Below, one piece after another: positions 39,853 to 53,290 of a stretch of 64,000 bases of DNA. A model generated the notes under the pieces. The model was given only the letters and a program-made list of their open reading frames with translations. It ran no database searches and was not told the DNA's origin. The position numbers were made by a program, and so were the translations under genes. Source of the DNA: the human T2T-CHM13v2.0 reference genome, Homo sapiens. Within the stretch, counting starts at the first letter, position 1; each line of letters begins with the position of its first letter. The stretch lies in the NCBI RefSeq assembly GCF_009914755.1, contig NC_060929.1. One strand, 5' to 3'.

Positions 39853-42424
39853 AGGCGGCTATTTGACGGAAATCAGGAACACCAAGGGTGTATTTGTTGT
39901 CGTTGTTAATTAACTCTGTGGTTCTGTGACCTTCGGGTTACTTAGCCTCTCTAGGGCATGTGTTAGTGGGTGTCTGAGGTTGTTCTAAGGACTGATGCTA
40001 ATCTGGTTGCTAAGAATCACCTGAGGAGTTTTGAAAAGTAGAGAAGCCTGGTCTCGTTCCTCAGACATGTTGAAAAATAGTCGTAGTCTTAGCTAATGGA
40101 AGCAAATAGCTTTGTTTTAGACAGGCTTTGCAATGGCTTATCAAAGGAATAGGGAGGTACATGATGCCGAGAGCCTGAAAACAGGCTGGATGGGTAGGAA
40201 GTCTGGGTACCAGCCACATGCATATTTTAAAGGCACCTTGTGTGATGCTGATGTTCAGTCGGAATTGGGACTGTCTTGGCGAGGTGGTTTCTGGGGTAAT
40301 TTCCAGCTGTGTTGGAATGATACTAATACTACTAAGAAGATTGCCCATTTATTCAGCTAAATAATTTATATGCTATTTGTTAGGTATATTAGCAGCTCCA
40401 GAGCGGCTAATAGCTGAAGAGTTATAGATTTGGAGCAGTTAATATTTTTCCAACATCACACAGCAAGCAAGTGGCAGATCTAGGCCTTAAACTCCATTTG
40501 ACTTGACTCTTAACCACTCTGCTACCATTTATTCTTCAGCAGTGTAGTGGCAAGTTCTGGGTGAAAGAGTTTTAGGGCACCAGAAACATCCCACCTCTGT
40601 TCCACCGAGCAGTTACAAGGTATGTGGATATTCCTATGCCTGGCAGACAGTCTTATTGTGTGCACCCTGACCTCCTAGCTCCTTTGATCACAGAATCTAA
40701 GTAAAAGGATCGTGTTTTCATTAACAACAACAAAAGCTACTTTACAAAAAACTAATATGGTGGCTCTGAAAGCTCATGGGTCATTTGCCATTGTAAAGAC
40801 TCAGGGGAGCTTTTGCGGAGTCATCACACTTGTAAATTTTCTTCTCCTCTGTTTATTCATATACAGACTCCCGATTTAGTGTTTTCCTCTGCAGGTAGGA
40901 AAATGCAGCAGTTTTTCCTAAGGGCTCTAATTGAGGATGATGTTTTCTTCTGCTGTGGTTCATTAGAAGCGTTTCCAGTGTAACCCCAGGAGGTGGACAT
41001 ACAAAGTAAATGACATTGGTCTTCAGTTCTGCCCCATAGGAAGAGCAACTGGAGGTCCCGGCAACTTAATGACAGCTAATGAGGACGGAGTTCTCCACAG
41101 GTTGTACTGGCTGTGCAAAGCAGCCTCCAGGCGTTATCACATTTCCCCCGGAGAAGCAGCTGAAATCTAAGTGTGCCGAAGAACCAGGGATATCCAGGGT
41201 TCTGATTCTCTTTCATCAAATTGTTGCATGACTTTAGGCAAATCTCTCAATCTTTCTTGATATTCAGAATTTGTACACGGGTAAAATGAGTTAAAAACAC
41301 CCTCTGTTGGTGACTTGAGGCTTAAGGAGACATCATATCTGCAAGCTGTTGGCAAAGAATTATGTGCTTTGCCAGATTTGGCTCTATTAACTGTGCCCCA
41401 CTTCCTTGGCACAGTCTGGGACCATTCTTTATATTTTCCTGAGGTGACTTATGTGTTGGGAGGCAGGTGGAAACCTGGTCCACGAAGGACTTATTGCTTT
41501 AGATTTCTTAATTTCAGGTTGGGAACAAAAATACAAATCTAGTCTCTGTATTTTGCTGGGTGTTACGTTTTGCAAGTAACAGAGACACAAACTTAGGCTC
41601 CAGCTGCGTCTGGCTTTGTCTGTTTGTGAAGGGCAAGGCCTCTTTGTTTTCTGCAGGGGGCCTCTCTTTTCTGCCTTGTTTTTACTCCCAGTTAACAATC
41701 TCACAGTGTCTTAGGGTTGCACAGAGTCTCCCTCACTGGAGGGAGTGTAACTATGAGCCATGAATAAAGCCAGCAAATGGGGAAAAATCATGCTGCTAGT
41801 ATTTTACTTATGCCAGCATCGCTGCCTCCGTGGACCCACCAGGCTCCTATGGAGATTCAGATGAATCTTCTGAATCAGGGAGGCAGAACTGAAGTTTGTT
41901 TGACTCCTTTGAACGCAACTCTGTTCGTGATCTGTAGCAGTTCTGCAGAAGTCACTAGCCGTGGCCGTGTTTATCAGTCAGACCCCTGGGCTTTGCCCTG
42001 GCCTACGTCTCCCCAGGCCATGCCTGTCTGCACGCAGCCAAGTCAAACTCTATTTCCAGGGGCTGAAGTAGACCTGTATCTGCCACTGGCCATCCTAACA
42101 AAGCTTGCCCCTCGAGGACAGAGGTCTTTGAAAATGCAACTAAGCAGAGTGCAGGAAGGCAGATTTAGTCAAAGTCCCACTGCCTGATTTTAATTTGATA
42201 GTGCCTGCTTTCTTTGCTTTGTTTTCACAGCTGAAAGTCCTTCCTAGTATATATGTTTTTTAACCTCTGAGGATTACTATAGGAGCATAGGGCACAGAAA
42301 AATAAGATGCACCTTATATGTGATTGGATATGGACTACAGCACTGACATAACTTTTTGTTCTATCTCCAATCCCAGTCTCAAGTCAGCTTGACTCCTTTA
42401 AACAACGTAATGAACTATTCTTGT

Positions 42425-42880
<456 letters not shown>

Positions 42881-43229
42881 TGGTTACTGTCAAGAGTATT
42901 CAGGGACATTTTAACTAGGTGTCTTGGGGCAGCTTTATGAAGGGAATGGATGGCAGGCATGTCAAGGGATTTGATGGTATCATATCAGGCTGTAAAATCC
43001 ATGGGGGCCAGGATTGTGCCTTGCTCACTTATTTCCCTATCCTCAGTGCTTGGAACATAGGAGGCACCCATAAATATTTGAAGAATTAATGAGGCAGATG
43101 ACCTAAGTTCGAGTCCCAGTTCTGCTACTTTTGGTCTTGGGCAAGTTATTTACCTTCTTGGATTCTGAGTTTGTACATTTATGAAATGAGGAGAAACAAT
43201 CTTTCAGGAACAGCTATAAAATTAGTCAG

Positions 43230-43445
43230 CTGGTACTGTGTGCTTACTATATGCCAGGCACTGGCTAGGTATGTCCCAGGGGCTACATTGTCTGATTTTT
43301 CACAGCAGCCCTGTGAGGTAGGTGCAATTACTGCTCTGTTTTGTAGCTGGTGTAACTGATATTTACAGAGGGCAAGAAATGTACCAGGTTGACACAGCTA
43401 CTGAGTGATGGAGATGAGGTTTCCAACCAGTTAGACTGGTCCCAT
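43230..43445 (-). mobile_element. MIR SINE, tail-to-tail with a + strand MIR piece at ~43100-43205
   Basis: gtgcttactatatgccaggcact..cacagcagccctgtgaggtaggt..cacagctactgagtgatggag. Confidence 0.75.
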
Positions 43446-44392
43446 ACTCTGTGGATGCTCTATGCCTCATACAGACTCTGGGATAAAGCAGGAACTCAAA
43501 ATGTAGCCTCTGCTACTGCTTTTGTTATTAATAAGTTTTTCCTGTGACACTTGGCCCAAGGGAAAGGTTCAGTCAGCCTAGTCATCTCTACGCTTATAAC
43601 AATATGTCCATACTTGAAAAAGCCCAGTCAGAACTCAGAGGCTGAGATTTCTCTGTGTGTTTTTGACACCCTGGCCAGCATACTGATTTAAAAATTGAAG
43701 CAAACACACGTCTTCAGAATGATTTTAGTCGGACACTTGCTAGTAATTTCCACAGGCAGCCAACCAGGAAGGCAAGGGAAAGAGTAGGTTGACACTTTTG
43801 GGGAGCTGAGTGATCTGGCAAATGGGGATAAAACAACGTAAAGGCAGGTGCCTGAGCCAGACCCTGCCTCCCTGATGTGATGGCAAATTATAAAGTTGGG
43901 GGAAAGTTTGAGAGGGATAGGATCTTTGAGGTCATCTAATCCCAGTGAGGAAAGACGACCAGAGTAACAAGGATATTCAGAGCTATGGAAGGGATGGCAA
44001 TGAAGGGTCTCTGATGAAGGGTCTGCATGAACAACCCCTAAAGTGGGCACCCATGGCTTGTGCCAGGCCAGCATCCACAGCTCCATTTTCTGGTGACAGT
44101 ATCTTGGTTTGGGGAACTGCCCACACAAGTTAAATATGTTGACCTGAAGCTGATGCTGTCCTTACTACACTGTGCTATCACTGCTCAAGGCTGCCCTACC
44201 CTCCTATTAATAGATAAATCCTGCTGGCCAGTCCATGGAAGAGTTCCTACACTTGCTTCCCACAGCTGCACTGGGAAATCCAAAGATGGAAGATGGAGCA
44301 TTAATTTCTCTAGTCTTCCAGCAAAGTCACCTAATACAAGTACCTTTCTCTCATGGTAGCATTGTGGGGCTTGTTCAGCTAAGATACCAATT

Positions 44393-44642
44393 ATTGAAGC
44401 AAAGTGAGAATAATCAGAGAATCACACCGGATGTGTACAGAAGCTGGCTATATGTTCCTGTTATTAATGTCACTATCCCCAACCTGGCTCCAGCAGTGAC
44501 TATGTGGTTTTTATATAATCAGCAAAAAGCTACCAAACACCACCAGTGAAAGCCAAGTATTTTTCGAAACAATTCTCTAGAGGATATACTTATTGCAGCA
44601 TTGTATATAAAAGGAAAAGATTTAAATCAACCTAAATATTCA
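44393..44642 (+). repeat. 250-bp local direct duplication, copy 1
   Basis: Aligns without gaps to 45845-46094 (offset 1452). Confidence 0.95.
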
Positions 44643-45030
44643 TCTATAAGGAGCTGTTACATAAATTTTGGTACATTTCTACTATACAATATTATGTGGC
44701 CATTAAGAGGAATAAGTAATGGTTGTGTATACTAATATAACACAATCTCTAAGAAGTAACAGGTGAAAAAAACCACCTACAGAGACTGGGTGTATCACTT
44801 AGGTTATAAAAAAAATAAGGGGCATCCACATGTGAATTTGTATGGATATAGACTCTCACTGGAAGGATACACACATACAAAGTGGTTGCTTTAGGGGAGA
44901 AAAGTAGAGGGGCTGTAGACAGTCTCTACAGAAAGCTTAATTTTCAGTAAATATTCATAATGCATTAAACATGCTTTTTACCATGTCCACGTATTATCTA
45001 AAGTAAACACATAAATAATTTTAAAGCCAT
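44575..45030 (+). mobile_element. L1ME-like 3' fragment
   Basis: aggatatacttattgcagcattgt..caacctaaatattcatctataagg..ataaattttggtacat..ctggaaggatacac..agtggttgcttt. Confidence 0.7.
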
Positions 45031-45644
45031 AATAAATAGTTCTTCATAAAGTATAAAACTTCACTTGGAAACAGCATCTGAACTTTCCTCATTCACTCAA
45101 TCCCAGTGAGGTGGCAGCATTTAAAAGCATTTTATTTTCTCCCACAGTGGAGACCACAGCTCCAAGGATGGAAGAAAGACTGCTCCAGTCCTCCAATACC
45201 CTTCCTGAAGAGATTTGATGACACAAAGTGAAAGGAAGAAGTTGTCCAAACTCCTACTCATTCAGTATTTCTTCAAAAACTCATAATAGAGCAAAGAAGA
45301 GGCTGAAAGTCAGTTTTCCCCCTCTTTTTTAAGTATCTGGGCAGCAGAAGCATCCAACTCTATCCCATAAGCCCACTTGATTGTCATCTAGGAAGTCATG
45401 GACCAGAGGATGTCACATCCAGAGAGCATCAGCTCTGGGCAAGACAATCCACTGTGGTGTGAATAAAATAACTTCTATTCATGATCACTTTTATCCAAAA
45501 ATATTGACTTTTTTAAAATTACAGATATGTTATAAATACATATACACATAGTAAGGGCATATTCTGAAAAGTTATTGCTAATAGGGGTACGTTGTCAAAA
45601 TATTTAGGAGACCACTTTATCGACTAATTCCAGAGAGGCGAAAG

Positions 45645-45844
45645 GCACAGTGGCAATAACACCAGTGTTAAAGTCAGGTGGATTTGTGTCTAAATCCAAG
45701 CTCTGTTCCTTATTAGCTGTGCTACCCTGAGTGAGTGATTCTGCTTCTCTATGTCTAGTTCATCACTTGCAAAAATGGGATAATAGTAGTAGGCGTCTTA
45801 AGAGTGACCGTGGTAAAGAGGGAATGGAATGAAGTCTGTGCAGC
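45645..45844 (+). mobile_element. MIR SINE
   Basis: aagtcaggtggatttgtgtctaaatccaagctctgttccttattagctgtg..gcaaaaatgggataatagtagta. Confidence 0.75.
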
Positions 45845-46094
45845 ATTGAAGCAAAGGGAGAATGATCAGAGAATTACATAGGAGGTGTGCAGAAGCTGGT
45901 TATGTGTTCCTGTTATTAATGTCACTATCCCCAACCTGGCCCTAGCAGTGACTTTGTGGTTTTTATATAATCACAAAAAGGCTACTAAACACCAGTAGTG
46001 AAAGCCAAGTACTTTTCAAAACAATTCTCTAGAGGATATACTTATTGCAGCATTGTATATAAAAGGAAAAGATTTAAATCAACCTAAATATTCA
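45845..46094 (+). repeat. 250-bp local direct duplication, copy 2
   Basis: 20 mismatches in the first 174 bp and none in the last 76 bp versus copy 1. Confidence 0.95.
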
Positions 46095-46625
46095 GAATGG
46101 CTCCCACTGATTCCTACCCCCTAAGATTTACACCCTTGTATCTTCCTCTGGCCTTGAGTAGATATAGTGACTTACATCAGTGAACATATTAGGCAAAAGT
46201 GATGGGATGTCACTTCTATAATTAGGTTACAAAAGACTGAGTTTCCTCTTGCTAACCACCTCTCTTACTCTTCTTGTGTATATGCCCTAAAGGAGAGGGC
46301 AAGCTGGCAAGAAACTGAGGGAAATCTCTGGACAATGGCCAGTGAGGAAATGAGACCCTCTGTGCAACAGCCTTGGAGGAACTGAGTGTGACTAATCACC
46401 ATGTCAGTGAGCTTGGAAGTGGATCCTTCCCCAGTTGAGCCTTCAGGTGGGCCTGCAGTCTTGGCTAATACCTTGATTGTGTCCTCGTAGGAAACCCCTG
46501 AGACAGAGAACTCAGGTAAGCTGCTCAAAGATTCCTGACCCATAGAAACTGTAAGATAATGTGTATTATTCTTTTAAGGCAGTTAATTTGGGGGAGATAA
46601 TTTGATATTCATCAATAGACAAATA
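46095..46625 (+). mobile_element. MaLR solo LTR (MLT1F-like) missing its extreme 5' end
   Basis: ggcaaaagtgatgggatgtcacttc..attaggttacaaaagactg..gagcttggaagtggatccttccccagttgagcctt..gattcctgacccatagaaactgtaagataat. Confidence 0.85.
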
Positions 46626-47989
46626 AAGTAGCTTGCAAGTACTTAACAATGGATGCTGTATACAAGCTCAGTAAAAGCTGTGGTATGGGATATTACATAG
46701 CAGATGTATGGCTATGTCCTTATCTCATACACATGGTAGACATCACTGATTATAAAATATTTTCTCCTGGTGAATCCAGATGCAGTCTCAGAATACTAAC
46801 ACTAAAGTTCAGGAAGCTATCAACTGTTCAGATAAAACCAATTCTAATCTAGTCAGTACTTATCATCTCTTTACTCTAATATGTAATATTCCTTTAATGG
46901 GAGACAAATTCTTTCATGGTGAGAGATAGCACTGCTAATTATTAGAACAAATCTTTGAATGTATACAAAATATAAATGGCTGACATTTCATTTCAAGAAT
47001 AGATTTTCCTCTAGAGGAGGGTGAGAGAGACTGAGAGTACTGGAAACCTTAAGAGAATGGAGGAGATAAGCCTAGAAGTAGAAGCTGGGAGCATGGAAGC
47101 TCACCTTATTTCTCTTTTTAAACCATGATTTAGCCTTTTTATAGGGTTGCCATATAAATATACATGTTTTTTGGTGATTTCATAGAACATAATTTATTCT
47201 TTTATACAATAGCATCATTTAATCACAATACTAACAATGCATTTGTTTCAGAAATGCAGGCAGTTGAGATTAACCACATACAAAACTCTAAGGTAGTATG
47301 TTCAGACTTAAACATCTAGAAAATAGTTTCCAGACTTAAAAATAGTTATTAAATCTCCTTTGATCACACTAACAACTTCACTTCTATCTGTGCATCTCAT
47401 TGGGGTTATTTCCAGGAACATTTTTCCCCCTTTACCCCAGTGTACTGTGTAATAACTGGATTCCTGAACTGAACACTCCTGAAACTTTTCCTACTCACCC
47501 ACAAGAGAATTTATTCTTAATTTCAATAGATACTTTTAGATTCCAGCAATTGTTTAGAATTCATGATCTACTCAGGTCTATAAATTGAGATGGCATCATT
47601 AAAGTGACTACAGATTTTACTGCACTACATTCTAGGGAGGCTTTTTCCTTTGATTTCATAGTAAATGTGTTACATGTGTTATATTTATCTAAATTCAATG
47701 CATAAAAGTAATAGCATGTTTATATCTTAAGGGCTGCCATTTTGAACAAATGAAGGAATGGAGGGGAAGTTGCCATGAAAATGATGAAATTGTCAAAGGA
47801 GTAAACTGTTGTTTTGAAATAGGGAACATATCCTTCAACTCAGTATGAAATGTGTTCTTTGCCCAGTACAATAATAGTGTGGGCTATTTAAATAATGTAC
47901 TCTTAGTATTTATGTGCTTCTTTTTGTTGGTTAAAGCAGAAAGATCTCTCGAAAATAAGAAGAAATCCAGGTGAATGACCACAAGGAAT

Positions 47990-48155
47990 TGTCCTTTAGG
48001 TCCATAACATGCATATGAAATACATGGGGATCTTGAGAAAATGTATATTTGGACTCAGTAGGATGGTCTGGGTGAGGCCTAGAATTCTGCATTTCTAAGG
48101 AAGTAGTAGGTGCTGTGGATGCTGTTGGTCTGCAGATCTCACTTTGAATTGCCAA
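47990..48155 (+). mobile_element. MER5A-like hAT MITE
   Basis: gactcagtagg..tctgggtgaggcctagaattctgcatttctaa..gatgctgttggtctgcagatctcactttga. Orientation is uncertain because the family is near-palindromic. Confidence 0.7.
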
Positions 48156-49267
48156 ATAGCAATCGCCCTTTTGCCTTGGGGATGTTTGAAAGATTTTTAG
48201 GTCAATGCTGCTCTACGTCCAGGAGCCTGTGGTGTTGTCGGTTTGTGATGGGTACAGGGTGTTTGTTCAGTTAGCTCTTTTGGTGGGCACAGAACTCCAG
48301 ACAGACATTAAGTGAGTTAGGGAAATTGAAAACCACCCTTGCTGCTCTGGGAAGGATGACAAGAATTCAAGAAACTTAGGTAAGATCCTGAATGATATGA
48401 TAGAAAACATCTTTGGAAATAGAAAAGGCAAATAAATATCATTTATGGAAAGAGAAAAAATATTTCATTTTCCAGTGTGTTTTGGAGCAACTCATACTGG
48501 CACAACATAACAGAACCCATCCATTTTGCAATCTATAGAATTCAGTATAAAGTCACATGTCCAAGTTTATTCCTACTTTAATTTTCATAATTGCACAGCA
48601 ACCTATCTTGTTTAAAAATGGAAGTAAAATATAAAAATAAATCAAATGCTGGCCATAAAAATAGGTTGACCTTGAGGCCAGGGTTGAGTGGTTTACATTA
48701 AAGATAAACTCTTGACTGACAAGGATGGTCCATTTACTACAACCTGCTCCTTATACAATACTTTCTGAGGCAGAATTATTTTTTGCCTTAAAACAGTAGA
48801 GTAATGCCTAAAATTGTATGGTTCTACATTTCAATTGCTGTGGGATAGAAAGTATTATATACAAAAGAGATACTGGGGGTTGAGTAAGGAGATTGGGAAG
48901 ATAATAGATTCCCTAGAAATGCCACTCTTTAGGAAGTTTCTTGCAAATCTCTTCCTTTCAGGAAATATTTTCTATATAATTTATTCACTCTTTCACCAAA
49001 AAATGTTGAAACGCAGTAATGTAAATATATTAAACACTTGGTATATATTGGTCAGTAACAGCAACAACCACCAGAACTGGCTCCTGCCCACAGGGTGTTT
49101 ACAGTTTAGACAAGGCACAGAGAGACGTTGCTGAAGTAAACACTAAAACAAATCTAACGGTTGTCTGCAATAACAGCAGTTTTCTTATTGTTCTGTAACA
49201 ACTCGGTGTAAAAATGTGGCATCAGCAAAGTTTACATTTATTGCACTTTGTTCCCATTTTCTTCCTC

Positions 49268-49270
<3 letters not shown>

Positions 49271-49316
<46 letters not shown>
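49271..49316. repeat. (AC)23 microsatellite
   Basis: Perfect AC run. Confidence 0.97.
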
Positions 49317-49320
<4 letters not shown>

Positions 49321-49867
49321 TCACTTTAGGAGCCCAGCCTCACAGGCGTATCTGAGCCCCCAGAAGGGATCATGCAGTATCAATATTCTAGTCCTCTATG
49401 GTTCTTCCCTCCCATACCTGACCTAGCAATGACTCTTCAAGGAGCTTACTAAAGAGACAGCAATATGTGCAGAGAAATATCTCTGTGCAGAAGAATGTTT
49501 TGATGTAATTAAAAATAGTGATGATATAGCTAAGAATGACAGGTATAGTTTAAAAGAGGATTGAGTAAAGAAATTATCATTAATTCCTGAGGTGCAATAC
49601 TAATCAATGGCAAAAAATGACATGTACATACACACACACACAAACTACAAAGGAAAGATATCTATAATATTGAGTTCACAAAGCGGGTTTGAGAATAGCT
49701 TGTATAAAAGGATCTCACTATGTAACATTGTATTCATATGTGTTATGTGTTTATACATAACAGGTATTTCCATTATATAGAAGTATATATACACATATAT
49801 TACAAATTACATATACACATGTAAGTTGTATGCCTCCTCCAGGAGAACTTTTTAATTCAAAGGAAAT

Positions 49868-50396
49868 TTTTTATTTTCTTCCATAAGTTATTGTGGTACA
49901 GTTTGGTTACATAAGTTCTTTAGTGGTGATTTGTGAGATTTTGGTGCACCCATCACCCAAGCAGTATACGCTGCACCATATTTGTAGTCTTATCCCTTGT
50001 CCCCCTTCCACTCTTCACCCCAAGTCCCCAAAGTCCATTGTATCATTCTTATGCCTTCGTGTCCTCATAGCTTAGCTCCCACATATCAGTGAGAACATAC
50101 GACGTTTGGTTTCCAATTCCTGAGTTACTTCACTTAGACTAATAGTCTCCAGTGTCATCCAGGTCACTGCAAATGCTGTTAATTCATTCCTTTTTATAGC
50201 TGAGTAGTATTTCATCATATATATATATATGTGATGGATATATCTATCCATGGATATATCCATGGATAGATATATCCATCACATATATATATATATATCA
50301 TATATATATTCCATCATATATATGATCGATATATATCATATATATACTATATATATGGGTGATATATATGGTTGATATATATATCATATATATATG

Positions 50397-50436
<40 letters not shown>

Positions 50437-50767
50437 ACACACACCACAGTTTCTTCATCCACTCACTGATTGATGGGCATTTGGGTTGGTTCCATGATTT
50501 TGCAATTGCAAATTGTGCTGCTATAAACGTGTGTGCAAGTATCTTTTTCGTATAATGACTTCTTTTCCTGTGGGTAGATACCTAGTAGTGGGATTGCTGG
50601 ACCAAATGGTAGTTCTACTTTTAGTTCTTTAAGGAATCTCCACACTGTTTTCCATAGTGGTTGTACTAGTTTACCTTCCCACAAGCAGTGTAGAAGTGTT
50701 CCCTGTTCACCGCCTCCAAGCCAACATTTATTGTTTTTTCATTTTTTGATTATGGCCATTCTTGCAG
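49868..50767 (-). mobile_element. L1PB-type 3' fragment containing a TA/CA expansion
   Basis: agttctttagtggtgatttgtgagattttggtgcacccatcacc..gtccattgtatcattcttatgcc..ctcatagcttagctcccac is the reversed L1PB 3'UTR. ORF2 C-terminus ([20 protein letters not shown]). Confidence 0.92.
50217..50296. repeat. Perfect 80-bp spacerless AT-rich palindrome within a TA/CA tract (50217-50445)
   Basis: Checked base by base; the centre lies between 50256 and 50257. Confidence 0.95.
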
Positions 50768-51664
50768 AAGGACTTGCCTCTATGCATATACACATCCTGT
50801 GTCCCACTTATCATCGCGGCTCATCAGGGAACTGAAATTGAGGAAAATAATAATAGCTTAATCCACCTTGGCCAGGTAGCATATTTGTACTATAGCTCAA
50901 AGCTTCGAAGCCCAAGTGGTGTGGATCTTTGAGGCAGATCAATAAAAGACAGATTTTGAGACAGAAAAGTCTTTCTGAAACTCTTGGATTATTTCCTATA
51001 AATGACCAAATATAAGGCCATACACAGCTCACAGGAGACTCTTAAAACTGAATGGTGAGATCTTGCAAAATTATCTTCTTTTGGCTGCACAAAGCAATTG
51101 CCTATACTTGAATGGTGGTAAGCAATGCTTGGGACAATGAATTTGAGAGTCCTTTTTAATAGAATGAACTACTGCAGGTAATTTTCAGGCAACAACTCAA
51201 ATTCTTATCTAAAAAACTAATTTTTAGCTTTTCTTTTCCTGTTGATGCCTTTTCAGGCAGGTGGAGGATTTTCTTAAGCAGTTGGTATCTGCGGAGTTAT
51301 GCACATCTTTGTGAAGAGCCCAGACAAATTAGAAAGTCAAATTAGCAATGCATATTTAATGTTATTTGTAGTTGTTGTTGTTGTTTTTAAGTTGGCAGTG
51401 ATGTTTACTCTTTGAGGGGGAGTTTATAATTATGCAAATTGGAGAAACAGTCTGCATATGGTATAATGATAATGCCTTGGGTTTTATATCTAGAGTCTAA
51501 GTATTTCTTTCATTTTACCCATGACTAGAGGGGAGGTTAGCCAAGGCTTGTGCCTGCTTTCTCTGCCATGATGGAGTATGTGAGGTCTTAGAACTTGAGT
51601 ACCTTTATAAGCTTTCCTCTTAGAGGAAGCACTGCTGAGATTTTCATAGTATCATCTTATAGTA

Positions 51665-52125
51665 GATACTATTGATTGCCTTTACAATCACTATTCTTTC
51701 TTCCTTTTTTCTTTCTAATAAGATTTTAGTTTTGTTTATATATCCCCTTTTCTCCACACAACCATGTAGTTCAGGGAATGTGAGTCCCATTCTTAACATC
51801 AAGAAGGGACTAACAGTTATTCTAAACCAATCATGGTGGTTCCATTTGCTTTGCTAAGGACTGGTTTAGGCAAGGGTGTGTAACACATTTCTGGCCAATA
51901 AATGTGAGAGGAAGTTTGCTGGAGACTGATGAAAGAGACAACCCACTGAAGAGGTCATAATCCAAGTCTTGGTAATATTACTGATTTACTCCATTGACAA
52001 TCTATGGACCTCTCTTACCTTGGGACTTCTTATGAGGGCCAACAACTTTTTTCTTGTTATTTACGCCACCTTGAATCTGTACTTTCTGTTACTTGCAGCC
52101 AATAGCACATCTTAAGTGATATATA
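51665..52125 (+). mobile_element. ERVL-type solo LTR (LTR16/LTR33-like)
   Basis: ctaaaccaatcatgg..gactggtttaggcaaggg..ttctggccaataaatgtgagaggaagt..ttctgttacttgcagcca. Confidence 0.6.
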
Positions 52126-52254
52126 ATTTGACAGGTCCTATGTTGTCTGGGGAATATATACAATGGAGAAAGTTTAAACCATTTACTTGGCATCTGACAT
52201 ACCAGATCAGCTGACGTTTATTTTACTGGGTTGGAGGAAGAGATAGCGGTGGTG

Positions 52255-52485
52255 TTTTTTTTGTTCTGTTTTGTTTTGTTTTTTTAATTTAGACTCAGAG
52301 GGTACATGTGCAAGTTTATTTCATGGGTATACTGAGTGATGCTGAGGTTTGGGCTTCTAATGACCCCACTGCCCAAGAAGTAAAGATAGTACCTGATAGG
52401 TAGATTTCAAGTCTTGTTCCTCTTTCTCCTTCCCTCCTTTTTGAAGTCTCAGTGTTTATTGTTCTCATCTTTGTGTCCATGTGTA
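52255..52485 (-). mobile_element. L1PA (old, PA15/16-like) 3' tip
   Basis: T-rich tail followed by gagggtacatgtgcaagttt..catgggtatactgagtgatgctgaggtttggg..catctttgtgtccatgtgta. Confidence 0.85.
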
Positions 52486-52924
52486 AGAAATGGTAGTTTC
52501 TCATCTTGGCAGTGGAGAGGAGTTCATTATCTCCACTGAGTGAGATGAATAATAGGAAAAACTACTTACTCTTCACACTGTTGCTTTCATTGAAACAAAT
52601 GTCACCAGTCGGTTCTGATTCTCTTGTCAAAGGAAGCCTGCACGACACAGGACAGAAAAGAAATACAAAATATACAATCTCATTTTAGTATCAGCAATAA
52701 TCAAGTATTTTGCCCTTTTCTCTTTAACTGGATGGCTTTAGCTTTAGACACACTTTATAGAGCAAGTGGAATAGATTCCCAGGAAGTTGTTTCAGTAGAA
52801 ACATTTTATTTCTGCCAGGGAATCAGGTCTGCTACTTTATCTGCCACCATACAGAATGCAAATTATGGTCCCAGAGATCCTCAGCTAAATGCCTAATTGC
52901 TCCATGAAATGTGTGCTGGTCCAG

Positions 52925-53290
52925 CCACTCAGTGCATTTCATCTTTTTTGTCACATTGACTGGTTTCAGAATGGATATGGGATTTCAGACCAATGAAAGT
53001 CAGTTCTGAAACTTGTGTTGAAAATGTAGTAGAAGGTCTCTTTCTACTGTATTTGCAATGATGAAGATGGAGACCCAGAGCTGCTGGAAGCCAACATGGG
53101 AAATCAAGACTGCAGTTTTGAGTGAGAGGTACCTAGCTTTGATGTTATTTGGACCCCCAGATTTAACTATGATTGAACTTTTCACTTGTGTGAACTATAC
53201 ATACCCTTCTCTGCTTAGGCTAGTTTTTGTTGTTTTCTTAAGCCATTGGGTTTTCTGTTTTTCTTTTTAAAAAAATCCTCACCAATATAG
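52925..53290 (+). mobile_element. Old ERVL/MaLR LTR fragment
   Basis: cacattgactggtttcagaatggatatg..cagaccaatgaaagtcag..aacttttcacttgtgtgaac..cttctctgcttaggctagttt. Confidence 0.45.

Noticed and set aside
40875-40900. ttttcctctgcag|gtagga as a recursive splice site
   Set aside because: The donor is weak, AGGT junctions are common, and there is no evidence for plus-strand transcription.
43100-43445. Tail-to-tail MIR pair as a miRNA-like hairpin
   Set aside because: The copies are too diverged for a stem I can verify, and such pairs are common in MIR-rich DNA.
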